A stretch of DNA of 50,051 nucleotides from Selaginella moellendorffii (Eukaryota > Plantae > Lycopodiophyta): the NCBI RefSeq assembly GCF_000143415.4, contig NW_003314263.1, positions 4,413,008 to 4,463,058 of the forward strand. The letters run 5' to 3'. A program made the position numbers and the translations under genes. Under the pieces are notes generated by a model. The model worked only from the letters and a program-made list of their open reading frames with translations. It made no database searches and had not been told where the DNA came from. Each line of letters opens with the position of its first letter. Position 1 is the stretch's first letter. Shown piece by piece: positions 24,808-38,500 of this stretch.

Positions 24808-24820
24808 GATCCTCTTGTGT

Positions 24821-27130
24821 GGCTTCGGCAAGAGCAAATGTAGACAATCTATGCTATCTCCAACTTGCCTCGAGTCAGTGTAGAGCCTCACCACTGGGGG
24901 CTGTGAGCTAGATCGGGGCCTCACACTTAAGGACCAAGCTGGTGAAGATGGGAGTGAAGCTCTAGGCTTGTTTGTAAGGTCTGACAAGCATCTATGGGCA
25001 AACTTTAGTGTCTGGAGTGGTTGTTCCTTGCTCAGCCCTAGGGCCATGACTTAATGGTCAATGTCCCTGGAGATCTCCTAGCTTGGTTATGACCCTGAGC
25101 AAGGGATTATGGACTCACCTTCCAGTGAGGCCTTCATGTTGATCCCACAGGACAAAAGTGCGTCCATGCTAGGGCCCTGTTCCTTTCTATTCTTGGTTGT
25201 TCTGGGTGGCATAGACTTAAGTTCTCCTGTCTCACACCCTAGCTCTACTGCTGCTGCACGTGCTGCTGCTCTAGTGGTGACTCCTGACGTGACCCTAGTG
25301 TGCCGCTCCTGTGCTTCTGTGAGACATCCATCCCTGCGAATCCCCTCAACTACAAAAGTGCTTGCAATGATTCCCTGTTAGGATTCTATCCCTTACACCC
25401 TAAGCCAACTGGCTAAAGGGGTGATCACTTGATTGTAGGGCCCTTTCCTTATCCTATTATCCTGACCTAGTGCCTAACAATCCTCCCCTCGTCAAGGAAT
25501 GATCGTCCGCAATCATACTTAGGCCACCATCCGGTCACCATGGTCCTTCTCTTAGGGTCTACCAAACCTTGGTTCTCCCTCTAGATCCACCATGTTGAAT
25601 ATTCCTTCAGAATATTCCTGCCCCACTTGTCAGCCACGAGAATCGAACTGGGCTCCAATACCAATGTTATGATCCGGCGCAAAAAGACAGAGATCTAGTC
25701 ACCCTAGACTATACTACGCCACCTCTTGAGGTTCCTCACCACCCAACCACCCCCGAACTACCTCAAAAGCTCCTCAAACTCATCCATGGTAGACACTGGT
25801 GGTTTCTTATCCGCAACATGGGACTCCTCAAGCCAATTCCACCATCGAAGACCCGCATCACGCAAAACCATCGGAATAGCCACTAAAGCCTCTGCATCTG
25901 GAGTTCCTCTAGTAGCCAAGAACTTCTTCACATTGGCTAGCCAAGCGAGACACTCATCCACACCACCATCACCGGAAAAAGTTGGAATCTTGAGTCGATC
26001 TACCAAAGAAGGCTTACTTGGAGCGCTACTCCGTCCAGCCTCGAGTGCCTCGACACACCCACGCATGGTATCCATCATGCCATGCATCTCGTCTTGCATC
26101 TCTTGCTGATTTTTATTAAGGGCTCGCAGCTCATGAACCACATCTTGAATGGTCCAAATTTCTGCAGCTTCGTCGGCACCATCGTCGGCACCACCATCGA
26201 CAATAGGATTCCAGCGTTCAACTTGGTCGGCCATCGCAACCAATGCTCCTAGACTATGCTACACCACCTCTTGAGGTTCCTCACCACCCAACCACCCCCG
26301 AGCTACCTCAAAAGCTCCACTGCGCCGCCGCTCCACTGTGAGCCCTAGGGTAGGTTAAGTCCCCTACCCTAACATGCCTTAATATACCCTTGAGCCTCCC
26401 TTTGACCGATGTTGACCATGTAGTCAAAGCTGGTGCCTAACATTCCCCACAAGCCTTTCTGACTTGTGACTAGCCTGAGACTCTCACAAAGCTCCTATAC
26501 TCCAGCTAGTGACCAGGCAAGTGGGTGAGGAAAGGTAGCTTCGTCCTCTCCTCCACTCTCAGTGGAAACTTCGCTTTTGGTGTGGCTTATACTTCCAGCT
26601 TTTTCCAAGACTTGGCCATCCCCCAACCTAGAAACATCCACCACTTCTATCCCATTGTTTTCATCCTGCTGAGCTGCTGCTTTGCGTGGCTCACTTGCTG
26701 TCTTGTGCAGTAGTGTTCTGGCATTGATACAGAGGCCCCTTTCCCATCCTGGCTTACTGCCGTGTGTGTTCTAGGACCCCGACCTTGTAGCAATCCTCCT
26801 CGTGGGAGCCAAATGCTGAGGCCCCTACCTCGCACTCTATGACTGTGAAAGTTCAGATTGATGGGTGTGGATGCCGTGACTCTATTGCGGCTGTTCTCCA
26901 TGCTTCTGACAAGAGAGTGAGTACACAGCAAAAGCAAAAAAAGGGAAATGATGCTTCCCTGAATCTCACGACAAATGCCCCCACCGACAGTAGCAAGTGT
27001 GGGGAGATTGCATGCTCTCCCCTGTGCGCTCTTCTACCTCTAGTTGCACCTCCTATCACGACAGCCATGGTACTAGGTGCCTTCCACCACTGCCTCCTCA
27101 AAAACTGTCCAATATTAGGGTTTTTTTACC
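24821..27130 (-). mobile_element. LINE copy 3: 5' end/ORF1 fragment, interrupted by an LTR-type insertion
   Basis: 24821-25375 and 26448-27130 match ~45745-46970; decayed. Confidence 0.88.
25376..26442 (-). mobile_element. Small non-autonomous LTR-retroelement derivative (TRIM-like) with a gag fragment
   Basis: Termini TGTTAGG..CCTAACA; 5-bp TSD TTCCC (25371-25375, 26443-26447). tRNA-iMet-like PBS TGGTATTGGAGCC (25651-25663,-), PPT GAGGGGAGGA (25481-25490,-), gag-like LKIPTFSGDG..WL..WW (25758-26243). Confidence 0.8.
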
Positions 27131-27147
27131 CAATCTGGCAAGATCAC

Positions 27148-27525
27148 TGAACGTGTATGTACACCCCCCATATCCCAATGGGACTAATACAAAAATTGGG
27201 TGTGCCACCCTCTCAATGAGCTACTCTACATGATCCTCTTGTGTTGCAGCTGAACCTAGTCCTGGAGTAGAAGTGGATGTGGTCGTCTGAATCAAATCGT
27301 ATCGATATCCAAGTCTCCCCCACGAGCTAAACGTAGAACAAAGTCTAGGGGGCACCACTGCCAGTGAATCTCGCCACCTACCATTCTGCCGAAGCAGGGG
27401 AGCCACCAGGACCTCCACTCCTTGAGTTGCCTCGGTTTTTCCTGCTCTTTCAGGATGGTGTAATGAAAACACACTACTGCAAGAGTGAGTCTCCACCATG
27501 ATGCCACCACCACCGATATCCTCAG
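27148..27525 (-). mobile_element. LINE copy 4: 3'-end fragment in tandem with copy 3
   Basis: Matches 39436-~39810. Separated from the copy 3 5' end only by CAATCTGGCAAGATCAC (27131-27147). Confidence 0.9.
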
Positions 27526-27549
27526 CAAGTGTAGGCAAGTGTAGTAGTA

Positions 27550-27820
27550 AGATGCCAAGGTACAAGAGCTTAATGTGTGCATGGAGCCACCTTTCTCATG
27601 CAATAATGGTTTACTCTTGTATAATGGTAGGGTATGTCTTTCCTAAGTTTATGAGATTATCAACCATTTTCTTTATTATTATTATGACCACCCGAAGGCT
27701 AGTCATTTTAGGGGGAGGAAGATTTAAGAGTTGATCAAGTGTAGATTTTTTTGGAAGAACATGAAAACTAATATTCTCAAATATTGCAAGATATGTAAGA
27801 ATTGTCAGAAGTCAAGGTGC
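27550..27820 (+). pseudogene. Gypsy integrase HHCC zinc-finger fragment
   Basis: Frameshifted NGLLLYNGRVCL..DHPKASHLG..FWKNMKTNILKYCKICKNCQK. Confidence 0.65.
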
Positions 27821-29640
27821 CAAGGTGTAGCACACGTGGTTTTCACCCTTTTATCCTATAGTGATTCACTATAGGATAACCATGAAGCATAACCTAAACC
27901 CTTTATATGCCATGTGTCACATGCCATGGTCCAAGGATAGTGGTGCAGAACCTGAGCTTCAAAGCCTTAAACCACTGAATGAAAGAACAATGCCAAACTG
28001 TAAGCGACTAATTTTTCCATTCTACTTTAATCACTTAACCACACCTCCAACCACTTGGAAGAGTCTCACTCACAACCTCCATAAGTCTTATTTTGGACTT
28101 GGGCTTGCTAGCCCCAAGAATGGCATCCCTGCCACTCAACCTGTGCACTTGGTCCAAGTGCTCCATGTGTCCGATCCCACAACTGACACCCCAAGGTACC
28201 ACTGACATATCAGCCCATTACGCTAAGGCCATTCCCATTCACCTTGGTCACACAGGTGGTTTGACACCACCTACACCACAGTCCCGTCTCGCAAAGATTG
28301 GGCCATCCGTCCATGAGCGATCATCCTAGATCCGCTCCTTAGCATCCTTAAGATGCCTACAGACATGGGGAATAGCCTTCCCCAATATCCCTTTTCCAGT
28401 CCCCACTAAGTCCCTTTCTGTCCATGGCCGTGTTCGTCAACACTGCCACTGGATCAAGGCCCACAAGCCCGACTACTAAGTCCTATGGTCCTTTAGGACT
28501 TCTTCCTCACACAACCGTATCCTTGGTCTCTACACTAGAGGACGGCTCCTCTTCCTTTTCACAGTCTGGGACTTTGGGGCAACATTTCGGAACACCGTGG
28601 CCTTACGCGAGCCTCATGGGTACTCTCCCTGCCTTCTGCTTTTGGGTGCTCTAGCCATGGGCTTAGAGCGAGGTTTCGTTGAGCCACGCCAAGTATCCAA
28701 ATAGGTAGTGCCACCCACACTTGGACTAGGAGCATCAGCCAGTCAATCTCCCGGGGGAATTAGAGCCGGCTCTTGAACACTTCACCAAGCTACCCCACTT
28801 GTCGGTTTGTGTTCACTCTAGTCTTGGATTTCCCAGTGGGTAGCTCATCACCCAACACTGGGTACAACCTTCTTGGGCCAAACTAGCCTTTCCTGGCCAA
28901 ATTGGCTCCACTGCAGTCTTCCCCTTTACTATACTTTTGGAACTCACCAAACCCCCTAGGGTCTGGGAGATGAATGCTTTGGGCTTTCACCCTCTCAGAC
29001 TCGAACTCAGTATGAAGTTTCATATGCCGCTAATACTAATTAGTGGAGTATGGTTTCATATGTTGAACAAGGACAAATATGCAAACAAGAGCTACACTAT
29101 ACCTCAGGTTAATCAACCATGGCCAAGTTTCATTTTGACCCACATTGACCATGGAGTCAAAGCTAGTGTCTAACAAAGAGGGGATATCTAAGCAAAAAAT
29201 TAAGTTATTTCATGTGACCTTTTCCCATTTTATTATAAGCAGCTGCCTTTATTTTGTAATGGGTTAATGCGGCCTTACCTTTTATTGCTCACACCCAAAT
29301 TTTCCTTTTTCTTCTTTTAGCTTTGAGTTGAGATTTCTCACATTCCCTTTTAGGTTTTGAGGTGGCACAGTGAACAATGCACTTTCATTGCTTGGGTGCT
29401 TGAGATCAGTTATCCAGCTCCATTATTCCAAAAGATGGTAGAAGGGATCAAATTAAACATGAACAATACATAGCACAATGGTTGGCATGGTGCATTGCGT
29501 TTTAGCACCCTTTCTAACCGCCCAGCATTTGCACTAGCACAAACATAAGTTCTTACAAAACTTTAAAATAGAAAACTGCCTTTATCCCATGTCCTATTTT
29601 AGTTCTCCGTGCGTTTCACGATAGGGTTTCACTTAGCAAA

Positions 29641-32533
29641 ATGGAGAAGGTGCAGGCTCGAATCGAGCTTCTTGAGCCGCAGATCCAAGCGGCTGGGAAA
29701 TCTTTTCTCTCTGCCCTTCAGAGTGGCAATCAATCTCTGGCGGAATATTGGCTGAAGGAGAAAGAGCGGCTGCAGAAGAAGGAAGAGCAGCTGTGGGAGG
29801 AAAAACTCTTCCTCCTCAAATGTAATGGTAAGTGATTTGGGGCGTTTTGCTGTGTGTTTTGGATATCTGTGGCTATGGCTGCTTTCCGTTGGATCTAGCT
29901 TCAATTCGTTTTTATTTTAGGTTGCTGGCTATGGTGGCTTTTGGCTATGCTGCCGGCTATGGCGGCTCCCTTGTGGATCCTTCTATGGCTGTTGAAACCC
30001 ATGTGTTTTCTGTTGATAGTTTTTTCTTCCAGATCTAATACTTGTTTTGTTCTGAATGTTGCAGTGCCCCATGAAATCGGTGGATATGGTTTGTTTCCTT
30101 GCATGCGCCCCTTGTTTTCTCTTTGATCTGTGCATGCATCCATGTCGGAAGTCCAGTCCTAGTGCGCCATGAAAGCGGCAGATGTCAGCCATGATTTCGT
30201 CACTGTTGGATTTGGTGATTGTGGTTGGTTATTCAATCTTGCGTTCTACTAAGAGTTTCTCTCTGGGTGATCCTCCAAAGTTCCCTTGTTTGTTCCCTTG
30301 CGGCATGTAGATCTTCTGCTTGTCGTTTAAGCCAGATGTTTCTTGCGTTTCCTCTGCTTAAAATCCCCTCGCTTCTCACTGCAGACAGCTCTTGTGTCTT
30401 TTCGTTCATGTAACTAGCGATTTGTTTCCAGGTCCGTCTTTTGCTTTACCTGAGCTAACTTCGAGCGATATGGCAAGTTTGGATTGCTTTCTGGAGGGCA
30501 AGGCTGGCATACCCCGCTATCGTGACACGAATATTCCGCGATTTGGTGACAGGCCGAGCTTGTTGCTGCATGGCCTACTAGCACACGACACTGAAAACTT
30601 CGACAAGTTCGTGAGCAGGGGTAGCAGGTTTTTATTGGTGCCAGGAACAAGTGGAGCAGGAAAAACCAGGACTCTCTATGCTCACCTGGCGAAGAACTTT
30701 GGTTTTTACTTCATTTCCAATGACCTGGGGAATGGCGGGTCTGCAGACTTGAGGGAGGTGATTGGTATACTGGCAACGTATCTGGGCGCGGATCAAGTTA
30801 AGAACTATACTATAACTACCTTTATGGTCACTGTGCTGCTGCTGGTCAGGATAGTGGTCTTCCTCTACTGCAAAGGAAAGGATATAACTCCTGAGAAGTG
30901 GCTCATGTTACAGGTCGGGTGCCAGAGGCTGGAACAGGACATGAAACCATTGAAATTGGATCCTTTCGCTGCTTGCACTCGGTTGGCTCTCGGCAGATAT
31001 GGGCCTGTCCTCCATGGCTCGTTAGTGGGGATTGCAGGTTTACTGGGTCAGGCCAAAAATGCCCTTTCAAAGTTGCTGGGAGGACAGCAGTTACCCCTGT
31101 TGGTAGTTGATGAGGCACAGGAGCTGGTTAAGCTGTATGCCGGACAGTTCCGTACAAATATTGAACCCTTCAAGGACCGACCATTGGCAAAGCCAGTGTT
31201 GGAAACTTTGCTCTACCCAGGCAACGAATCTCCAATTCATCATGTTGTATATGCTGGAACGGGCTTTCTTCTGAGCTTCAGCCGTTTGGAATTCAACAAC
31301 TCGGTGGGGAAACCGTTCGTCAAAGATGACGTGTACGAAGGTCTTGGTAGCTGGACAGATTGGAAGCAGATGGCAGCCTATTCCTGTTGTATTCTTGGGA
31401 CAGCTTGGGATGCTGAAGCTCAGGAGACAGTGAAGAATGAGATATTTCCCTATTTCAGGGGTCGGTTTCGCCCATTTGCGACATTGCTCGAGGAGGTGAT
31501 TAGGAGGGGCAAGCACATCCGATGGGTTTGGAACGACGTTTTTATAGGACTGACAGCTCGCCAAGGAATTCCAGGGATACAAAAGAGCTACTACAGGATA
31601 CTTGCAGAGGTAGCAAGTGGACGAAGAGGGCTGTTGGGGGAGGTGGATATTCATTTCTTTGTGGACTTGCTGCTCAAGGTGACCGTGCAGTACTTCTACT
31701 TTGGGTGGTCGTTCACGTGTCCAGTTTATGGTGATGAGCAGGAGAATGATTTACCTTTGACTCTTTTGGAGGTTGCCATAGGAAGGGTCTACGGAAAGCA
31801 AATGGTTATAATTGACGAGCCTCTTATGCTGGTGGCGATGCACAACTACTTTTTGGACGAAAAGAAGATCACTGGAAATATGCTGGACACCCTTTATGCT
31901 CTGAACAATCCTTCCACAGGCAACTGGTGGGAGCATCTGTTTCCGCTGGAGATAAAGGATTTGTGGGAAAAGCACGAGGGGAAACTGGATCAGTTTGAGC
32001 TGTTTCATGATTTGGACCTGACACAAAATTTGGAGGCTTTGAAGAGCAAGAAGAGTCGTATTATGGAAGGCTCTATCTTTTACTTGGATGGGGCGCCAAT
32101 GCCACCGGTGGTGATCTATAAGGCGAACAAAAACTACACTTGCCATGACTATTTGGCAAGTGATGTGCCTGGTTGCATGTTTTTGGTGGCCGAGCATGCT
32201 GCAGGTTGTGACCTCATGTTCAGAATTCAGTTTGAGGACCATACCATCGTATGGGTTAGTGTGCAACTCAAGCTGAGGAAGATCTTGCCCAATGCTTATG
32301 ATGCTGTTTGCAAGGCAGAACCATCACCAAAATATACTTGCAGGGGAGAGATGTTGTGCCTGTTGGTTGCATATCCAGCATCAGTGAACCATCCACCAGT
32401 GGAGAAACAGAAGATTGATGGGCAGACTAGATCTGTGGTTACAGTAGACAGGAAGAACGCCCACAAGTTTATTTCACTGGACCATTTGAAGAACCTTGAT
32501 ATTTTGAAAGTGGAGGAACGAATGATATTTTGA
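29641..32533 (+). CDS. Crinkler-like protein: helical N-terminal header + P-loop NTPase + restriction-endonuclease-fold domain; join(29641..29827,30432..32533), 762 aa
   Basis: GTAAGT donor at 29828 and TTTCCAG acceptor ending at 30431 join in frame. Walker A GTSGAGKT, Walker B LLVVDEAQ, RGRFRP, IDEPL and a C-terminal CDLMF..VQLK nuclease-like motif. Confidence 0.75.
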
Positions 32534-34129
32534 AGTGGAGGAACGTATGCTAAGCTATAATAATATGAAGACAGTCAGATCTAGCCAATGGCAATTGTTA
32601 GATGGATGATTGTCAAAAGGTACAACTAGCATGTTGCTGTTATGGGAAAAGAAGGAAATTTATTGTTGGCTCCAGCCAAAATAATGTTTAGGGCCTGGGC
32701 ATAATGTTTTGCTTGCTTTTTCCAATTGTCTCATATTTGTCTTAAATCCGTGAATAACCACTATTGGCGACTGGAGCCTCATGTTGTTGCTATGGAGCTT
32801 AGAAACATTCTCATTACGTATGTAGTAGACTTAAACACATCCACTTGAAGCTCACAAATTTGTTTATAGCATGTTCAATTATTGACAAAGTGCCATGGTT
32901 TGAAGGCGGAAAGCTGCAAGTATCTCTAGTGTATTGATTTGCATGCTTACTAATATGTCATATTTTGCTTGCTTTGGTGTTTGCAGAAGTTTTGCAACTT
33001 GATCCTGTACTACAGTTAGTGGAAATTTTTTTGTGGATGGATTTTGAAATGACAAGCAAGAGCAAACAAATGGCATGCAATCTTAAATAGATTGTAATTA
33101 CTTTTTGTTTTTTTTTTTTTTTTTTGTGCAAAAACAGGCCTAGCTAACGATCTGAGTGACAAGCTGATGCTAGACGAGAAGGCTTTGAGTCCAAATGAGA
33201 AGCTGATTGAACACAAGCTGCCCGTTTATGAAACTGATTTATTTTCTGGTAAATCATCACATCTTCATCAGTTCATCATCGCTCTCATTGCTTTAGAGAT
33301 GGTAATCATCGACACTGTAAACTACAAAAGTGAAAATAAGAAAATGAATTGACTTACCAAAAGAATTACCAATCGCAAAAAAAGCTTGTGCTACTTAATC
33401 CACATTCTTCACCATCTAGCTATCCACATCAAGAGTATACTCCATGAATTCTAAATTAGCTCCATGACATTACTCATTGCTTTTACCAATAGGAACATGA
33501 TATGATTTTGTTGAACACTTTGTAGATATACTTCCACCAAGATTGGTATTGCCCAGGCAAATGGTTTATGGAGTGTAGCCAAACTTTAAGTTTAGTATAA
33601 CCTAGAGAGGGGGATTGGAATAAAGTTTGGAATCTGTGAAGAGTTTGCTAACACTCTATTGCTCATGTAGTCAATAGTTGAGCCTAAGTATGACTAAACC
33701 AAAGTTAATATAATATGTGAGAACTTTGGCAAAAGAACTTAGCAAAGGCTAAGGCAAAAGTGGTTGAATAGATAAGGTAAGTTGGCAAATTGGCAAAGAA
33801 CAATTTGTAATTTACACTACCATATGTTTTCACTGTGAAAGCCATCAATGAAGTAAGATTTATTTTGATCTAAATCCTTTGTTGGAATAAGGTTACTCAA
33901 GTGAGGTTCTCTATATAATCTCCGAGCATCATTTTCCCTTACTAAAAATGTCGAAGTTTTATGTAAGCATTTTCCTATCATAACAAGGGGCAAAATGTAA
34001 ACAAAAAGCAATCTAAAACTCATATATGGTAAACATTAGTGGTTTCTTGTCTGCAATACAAAATTCCTTAAAACATTAGTGGTTTTTTGTCGACAACACG
34101 AGATTCCTCAAGATAATTCCACCATCAAA

Positions 34130-35196
34130 GACTTACATCATACAAAACCATTGGAATAGCTATTAAAGCCTTTGCATTTGGAATTCCTTTAGCATCTAAG
34201 AATTTTTCATATTTGCTAGCCAATCTAGACACTTGTTTATGCCACTATCACTGCAAAAAGTTGGAATCTTAGATTGATCCACCAAGGAAGCTTAGCCTCG
34301 AGTGCCTTAATATATATATGTATGGTAGCCATTATATTATGTATCTCATTTTGCATCTTTTATTAATTTTTATTAAGAACTTGCAATTCATGAACAACAT
34401 CATAAATAATCCAAACCTCTTCAGCTCTATCAACACCATAATCAGCACTATCATTGACATTAGAATTCTAACGTTTAACTTAGTCAGCCATTGTAACTAA
34501 CTCCTATAATACTAATGTTATGACACAATGCTAAAAGATAAAAGGTATAGTCTCCCTAAACCATGTAACATGTCCTTTTGAGGTTCCTCACCACCCAATC
34601 ACCCCCAAGATATCTCAAAATCTTAATTATACCTGAGTCTTTAGGGTAAATTAACATTTATCTTAAGACTATGCTTCCATATACCCTTGAGCTTCCTTTT
34701 GACCCACATTGACCATGGAGTGCCTAATAAAGAAGGAATATCTAGACAAAAAAATTGAAATGAGATTTGAATATATTGTCACCATAAATCCTTGGATCCT
34801 TAAAGGATAAATAGGGATAAAATAGCCACTAAGGGCGAACAATTGCCCCTTTTTCAATTAGCAAACTAAGGTTTAGTAAACTCTAATAGAAGGACCATAG
34901 TGACTGAAGGGTGGCCTAAATATGATCCAATTAGGATTCTATCCCTTACATCCTAAACCAACAGACTAAGGGGTGATCACTTGATTCCTATCCTATTAAG
35001 CAACTTCCTATCCTACTATTTTGATCTAATGTTTAACAACCCTCCCCTTGCTAGGGAATAATCATCTGCAATTATATTTAGGCCACCCTCTAGTCACTAT
35101 GGTCCTTCTTTTAGGGCCTACCAAACCTTGATTCTCCCTCTAGATCCACTATGTTAAATATTCCTTTAGAATATTCCTGCTCCACTCATTAGCCAT
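34130..35196 (-). mobile_element. Decayed fragments of the same LTR/TRIM family as 25376-26442
   Basis: Gag remnant ~34130-34500 and LTR-like ~34516-34727; 34931-35196 matches 25378-25636; short inverted piece at ~34865-34925. Confidence 0.7.
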
Positions 35197-35583
35197 TATC
35201 AAGACCCCCAATAAGATCAAGACTGGAAAATGCAAAAGACAAAGAGAAAAGTTAGTGGAAACAAATAAGAAGCTTTAGATTAGCGTTGATTCAGATTGTG
35301 GAGAAATGGAATAAAGCTAACCTATATATACTATAGGTTGATGAAACTCCACCACTCTTGGATCGAGGACGGCCTAAATATAGCTAAGGTCGAGGAGGTG
35401 CCACATCATCATCAGGAATGTGGTTTGAGACTCAAGAATCGTACGGGAAATCAGAGAGTCAAGAATAGGAAAGTGTCTTAAGAGTTAGGAATAGGGAAGT
35501 GTCTCGAGAGTCAGGAATATGGTCTGCAGATCAGGAATCCGGCGAGAGTCAGGAATGTGGCAAGAATTGGGGGATTCCTGATA
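35197..35583 (-). repeat. 3' LTR of chromovirus
   Basis: Follows PPT GAGGAGGGGG (35587-35596,-); decayed inverted termini TATCAGGA..TCTTGATA. Confidence 0.7.
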
Positions 35584-35596
35584 GCACCCCCTCCTC

Positions 35597-38500
35597 AAGA
35601 ACGAGTGGAATGAGGACGTGAATGAGAACGAGGAGGAGGATGAGATGGGAGGCGAGGGACGGGAGATGGAGAAAAAGAATGAGGACTGGGACAAGAAGGA
35701 TAGCGGTGGTGGAAGTTCTGAACAAGGTCAGGAGAATGAATCAGGTTGTCCGCAAGTTCCCAAATGCGTTCTTCAGGTCCATAACCCTTCCAGTCGACCA
35801 GATAGTAGAGTTTAGACCGTGAGATCTTGGAATCAAGGATGTCCTGAACCTCGTACTCAGACCCATCCTTGAGCTGCACTAGTGGAGGTGGAGGAATGAC
35901 CCGATTTGGAATAGGACTAGGAATATAAGGCTCAAGGAGAGAGGAATGAAAAACAGGGTGAATTTGATATGAGGAGGGAAGTGCAAGGCGATAAGTGACA
36001 GGATTAATGATGGCAGTGAAGGGAAAGAATCGAGGTGTTTGAAATTGAGTTTGGGACATGGCCTGGTGGTGCAGATATTTCACCTAAGGAGCCAGACTTT
36101 ATCCCCGATATTGTAAGGGGGACAATCCTGACAATGGACTTTGGCAAATGTTTTGTGAGATTCCTGAGCACGATGGAGGTGGAAGGAGATGGAGTTGTGG
36201 ATTTCCTGGAGGTTAGAGACAAATGCCTCATAGCGGGGATTTGAACAAGAGGATTTGGATGGAGAAGGAAGTGAGAGATTGAATCGGGGATTTCAGCCAG
36301 AGTTTGCAAAGAAGGGGGAAACTCGAAGAGAGGAGTGAACAGAGTTGTTATAGAAGAACTCAGCAAGGGGAAGGATATCAAACCAGTCATCCTGATGATA
36401 GTTGATGAAGCACCTCAGGAATTGTTCCAACGTCTGAATTGTTCGTTCGGACTGTCTATCAGTTTGAGGATGATACGCCGAAGAGAGGTTGGCCTTCACT
36501 CCAAGTAGCTCCAAAAACTTTTGCCAAAAATGAGAGATGAACTAAGGTCCCCGATCCGAAACCACATCTGTAGAAATCCCATGAAGTCGGAAAATTTCCC
36601 TGAATACTAGTTTTGCTATGTCCTCGCCCGAAAACTCCTTGGTACATGGCAGAAATTTGCCATCTTTTTGAAGCGATCCACCACGACTAAAATGCTATTA
36701 AAGCCTTCAGAACTTGGAAGATCACTCAAGAAATCCATGGAGATGGATTCCTAAGGACCTGAAGGGACCAGGAGGGAACGAAGCAAACCTGAAAGAAGGT
36801 GGCAAGATACCTTATTCTAGGCGCAAGTGTCACAGAAGGTAATAAAAGATTTGATGTAGTCATCCATGTGAGGCTACCAAAAGTCTCATGCAACCAGCTC
36901 ATAGGTTTTCACAATGCCAAAGTGACTAGCAGTCGAGCTATCATGGCACGCCATTAGGACCAACCTTCGAGCATCACCTTCAGGAACGTAAAGCTGCTCC
37001 CCACGGTACAACAAGCCATCTATGAACTCGAATTCGTCAAATCGCCGGCAGTCGGGGGTCACTGGGTGTCCAGCCTGAATATGGGGGAAAATGTCGCTAG
37101 CGAGGTCATTGAATTGAAGATCGTTTCTGATCACATCCATCAAGGAGGAGTCCTGAGGGGCCAGGGAAATTGCCATAACTTGAAGCCGATCAGGACCGAG
37201 GATAACCTGCTCCTGTTAATCGAAGGCAGGATTACCAAGCCTGAGACTGAGATAGGAGCGCCTTGAAAGAGCATTAGGAAGGCCTTGAAGTTTTCCAAGT
37301 TTGTACTTGATAACAAAGTCAAACCGACTCAGGAATTGTGCCCACCTTGCTTGATGACAGCTCAAAACTCGGGAAGTGGCAAAGTACTCGAGATTTTTGT
37401 GATCCGTCCAGACTGTTGTTTGATGGCCCACCCCCTCCAAGAAATAGTGCCACTCTCCAAAGGAATCCACGATGGCAAGGAGCTCCTTGTCGTGCATTTC
37501 GTAATTGATCTCTGCAGGCTGGAATTTTTGAGAATGGAAAGCGACTGGATGAAGTTCTTGATCCACTCTGAGTTGAAACAGCATAGCACCGATGGCAAAG
37601 TCGGAGGCATCAGCCTCGATGAAGAAAGGTTGTGAGGGATCAGCGTGCATCAAGACGGGAGCAGAGCTGAAGGCCGCCTTGAGTGTGTCGAAGGCCTACT
37701 GGGCAGCAGCAGACCAAGAGAAGGGAACATCCTTGCGAGTGAGATGCGTAAGAGGAAGGACAATGTCAGAGTAGTGATCAATGAATTTGCGGTAGAAGTT
37801 GGCAAAGCCAAGGAAAACCTGAACATCCGACATTGATTGTGGAGGCTCCCATTCGAGAATAGTCTTGACTTTGGCAGGATCCATCGCGATACCCTCAGGA
37901 GTGACAATGTACCCAAGGAACTCCACAGACTGCTGATCGAAGGAACATTTCTCAAGTTTTGCATATACGCCGTGTTCTCACAGCTTCGCCAGCACCTTGT
38001 GTACATGTTCATCATGATCCTTCTGAGTTTTTTAGTAAATGAGGATGTCGTTGAGGTAGACAATCACCATCTGATCAAGAAACTCCCAAAATATGTCATT
38101 CGCCATGTGTTGGATAACTACTGGAGCATTTGTCAAGCCAAATGGCATGACAGTGTACTCGAAGTGGCTATAGCAGGTTCGGAACGCGGTCTTCCATTCA
38201 TCACCAGACCGGATCCAGATCAGGTTGTATGCTCCACGGAGGTCGATCTTGGTGAAGAAGCGGGCACCGCCGAGGCATTCCAACAGGTCCGAGATCAGGG
38301 GTAGCGGATAACGGTTCCGAATAGTCACCTTGTTCAAACCTCGGTAGTCGATGACTAGCCGCAAACTCCCATCCTTCTTCTTGACAAAGAAGACAGGCGC
38401 TCCTGCCGGGGACTGCGAATGCTGAATGTGCCCCGAGGCAAGGTTCTCCTCCACGTACTCTTTGATGGCCTTAAGCTTGGACAGGGATAACCCGTAAATA

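Noticed and set aside
27830-29070. GC-richer segment, possible LTR or gene
   Set aside because: No supportable ORF, termini or internal homology could be found by eye.
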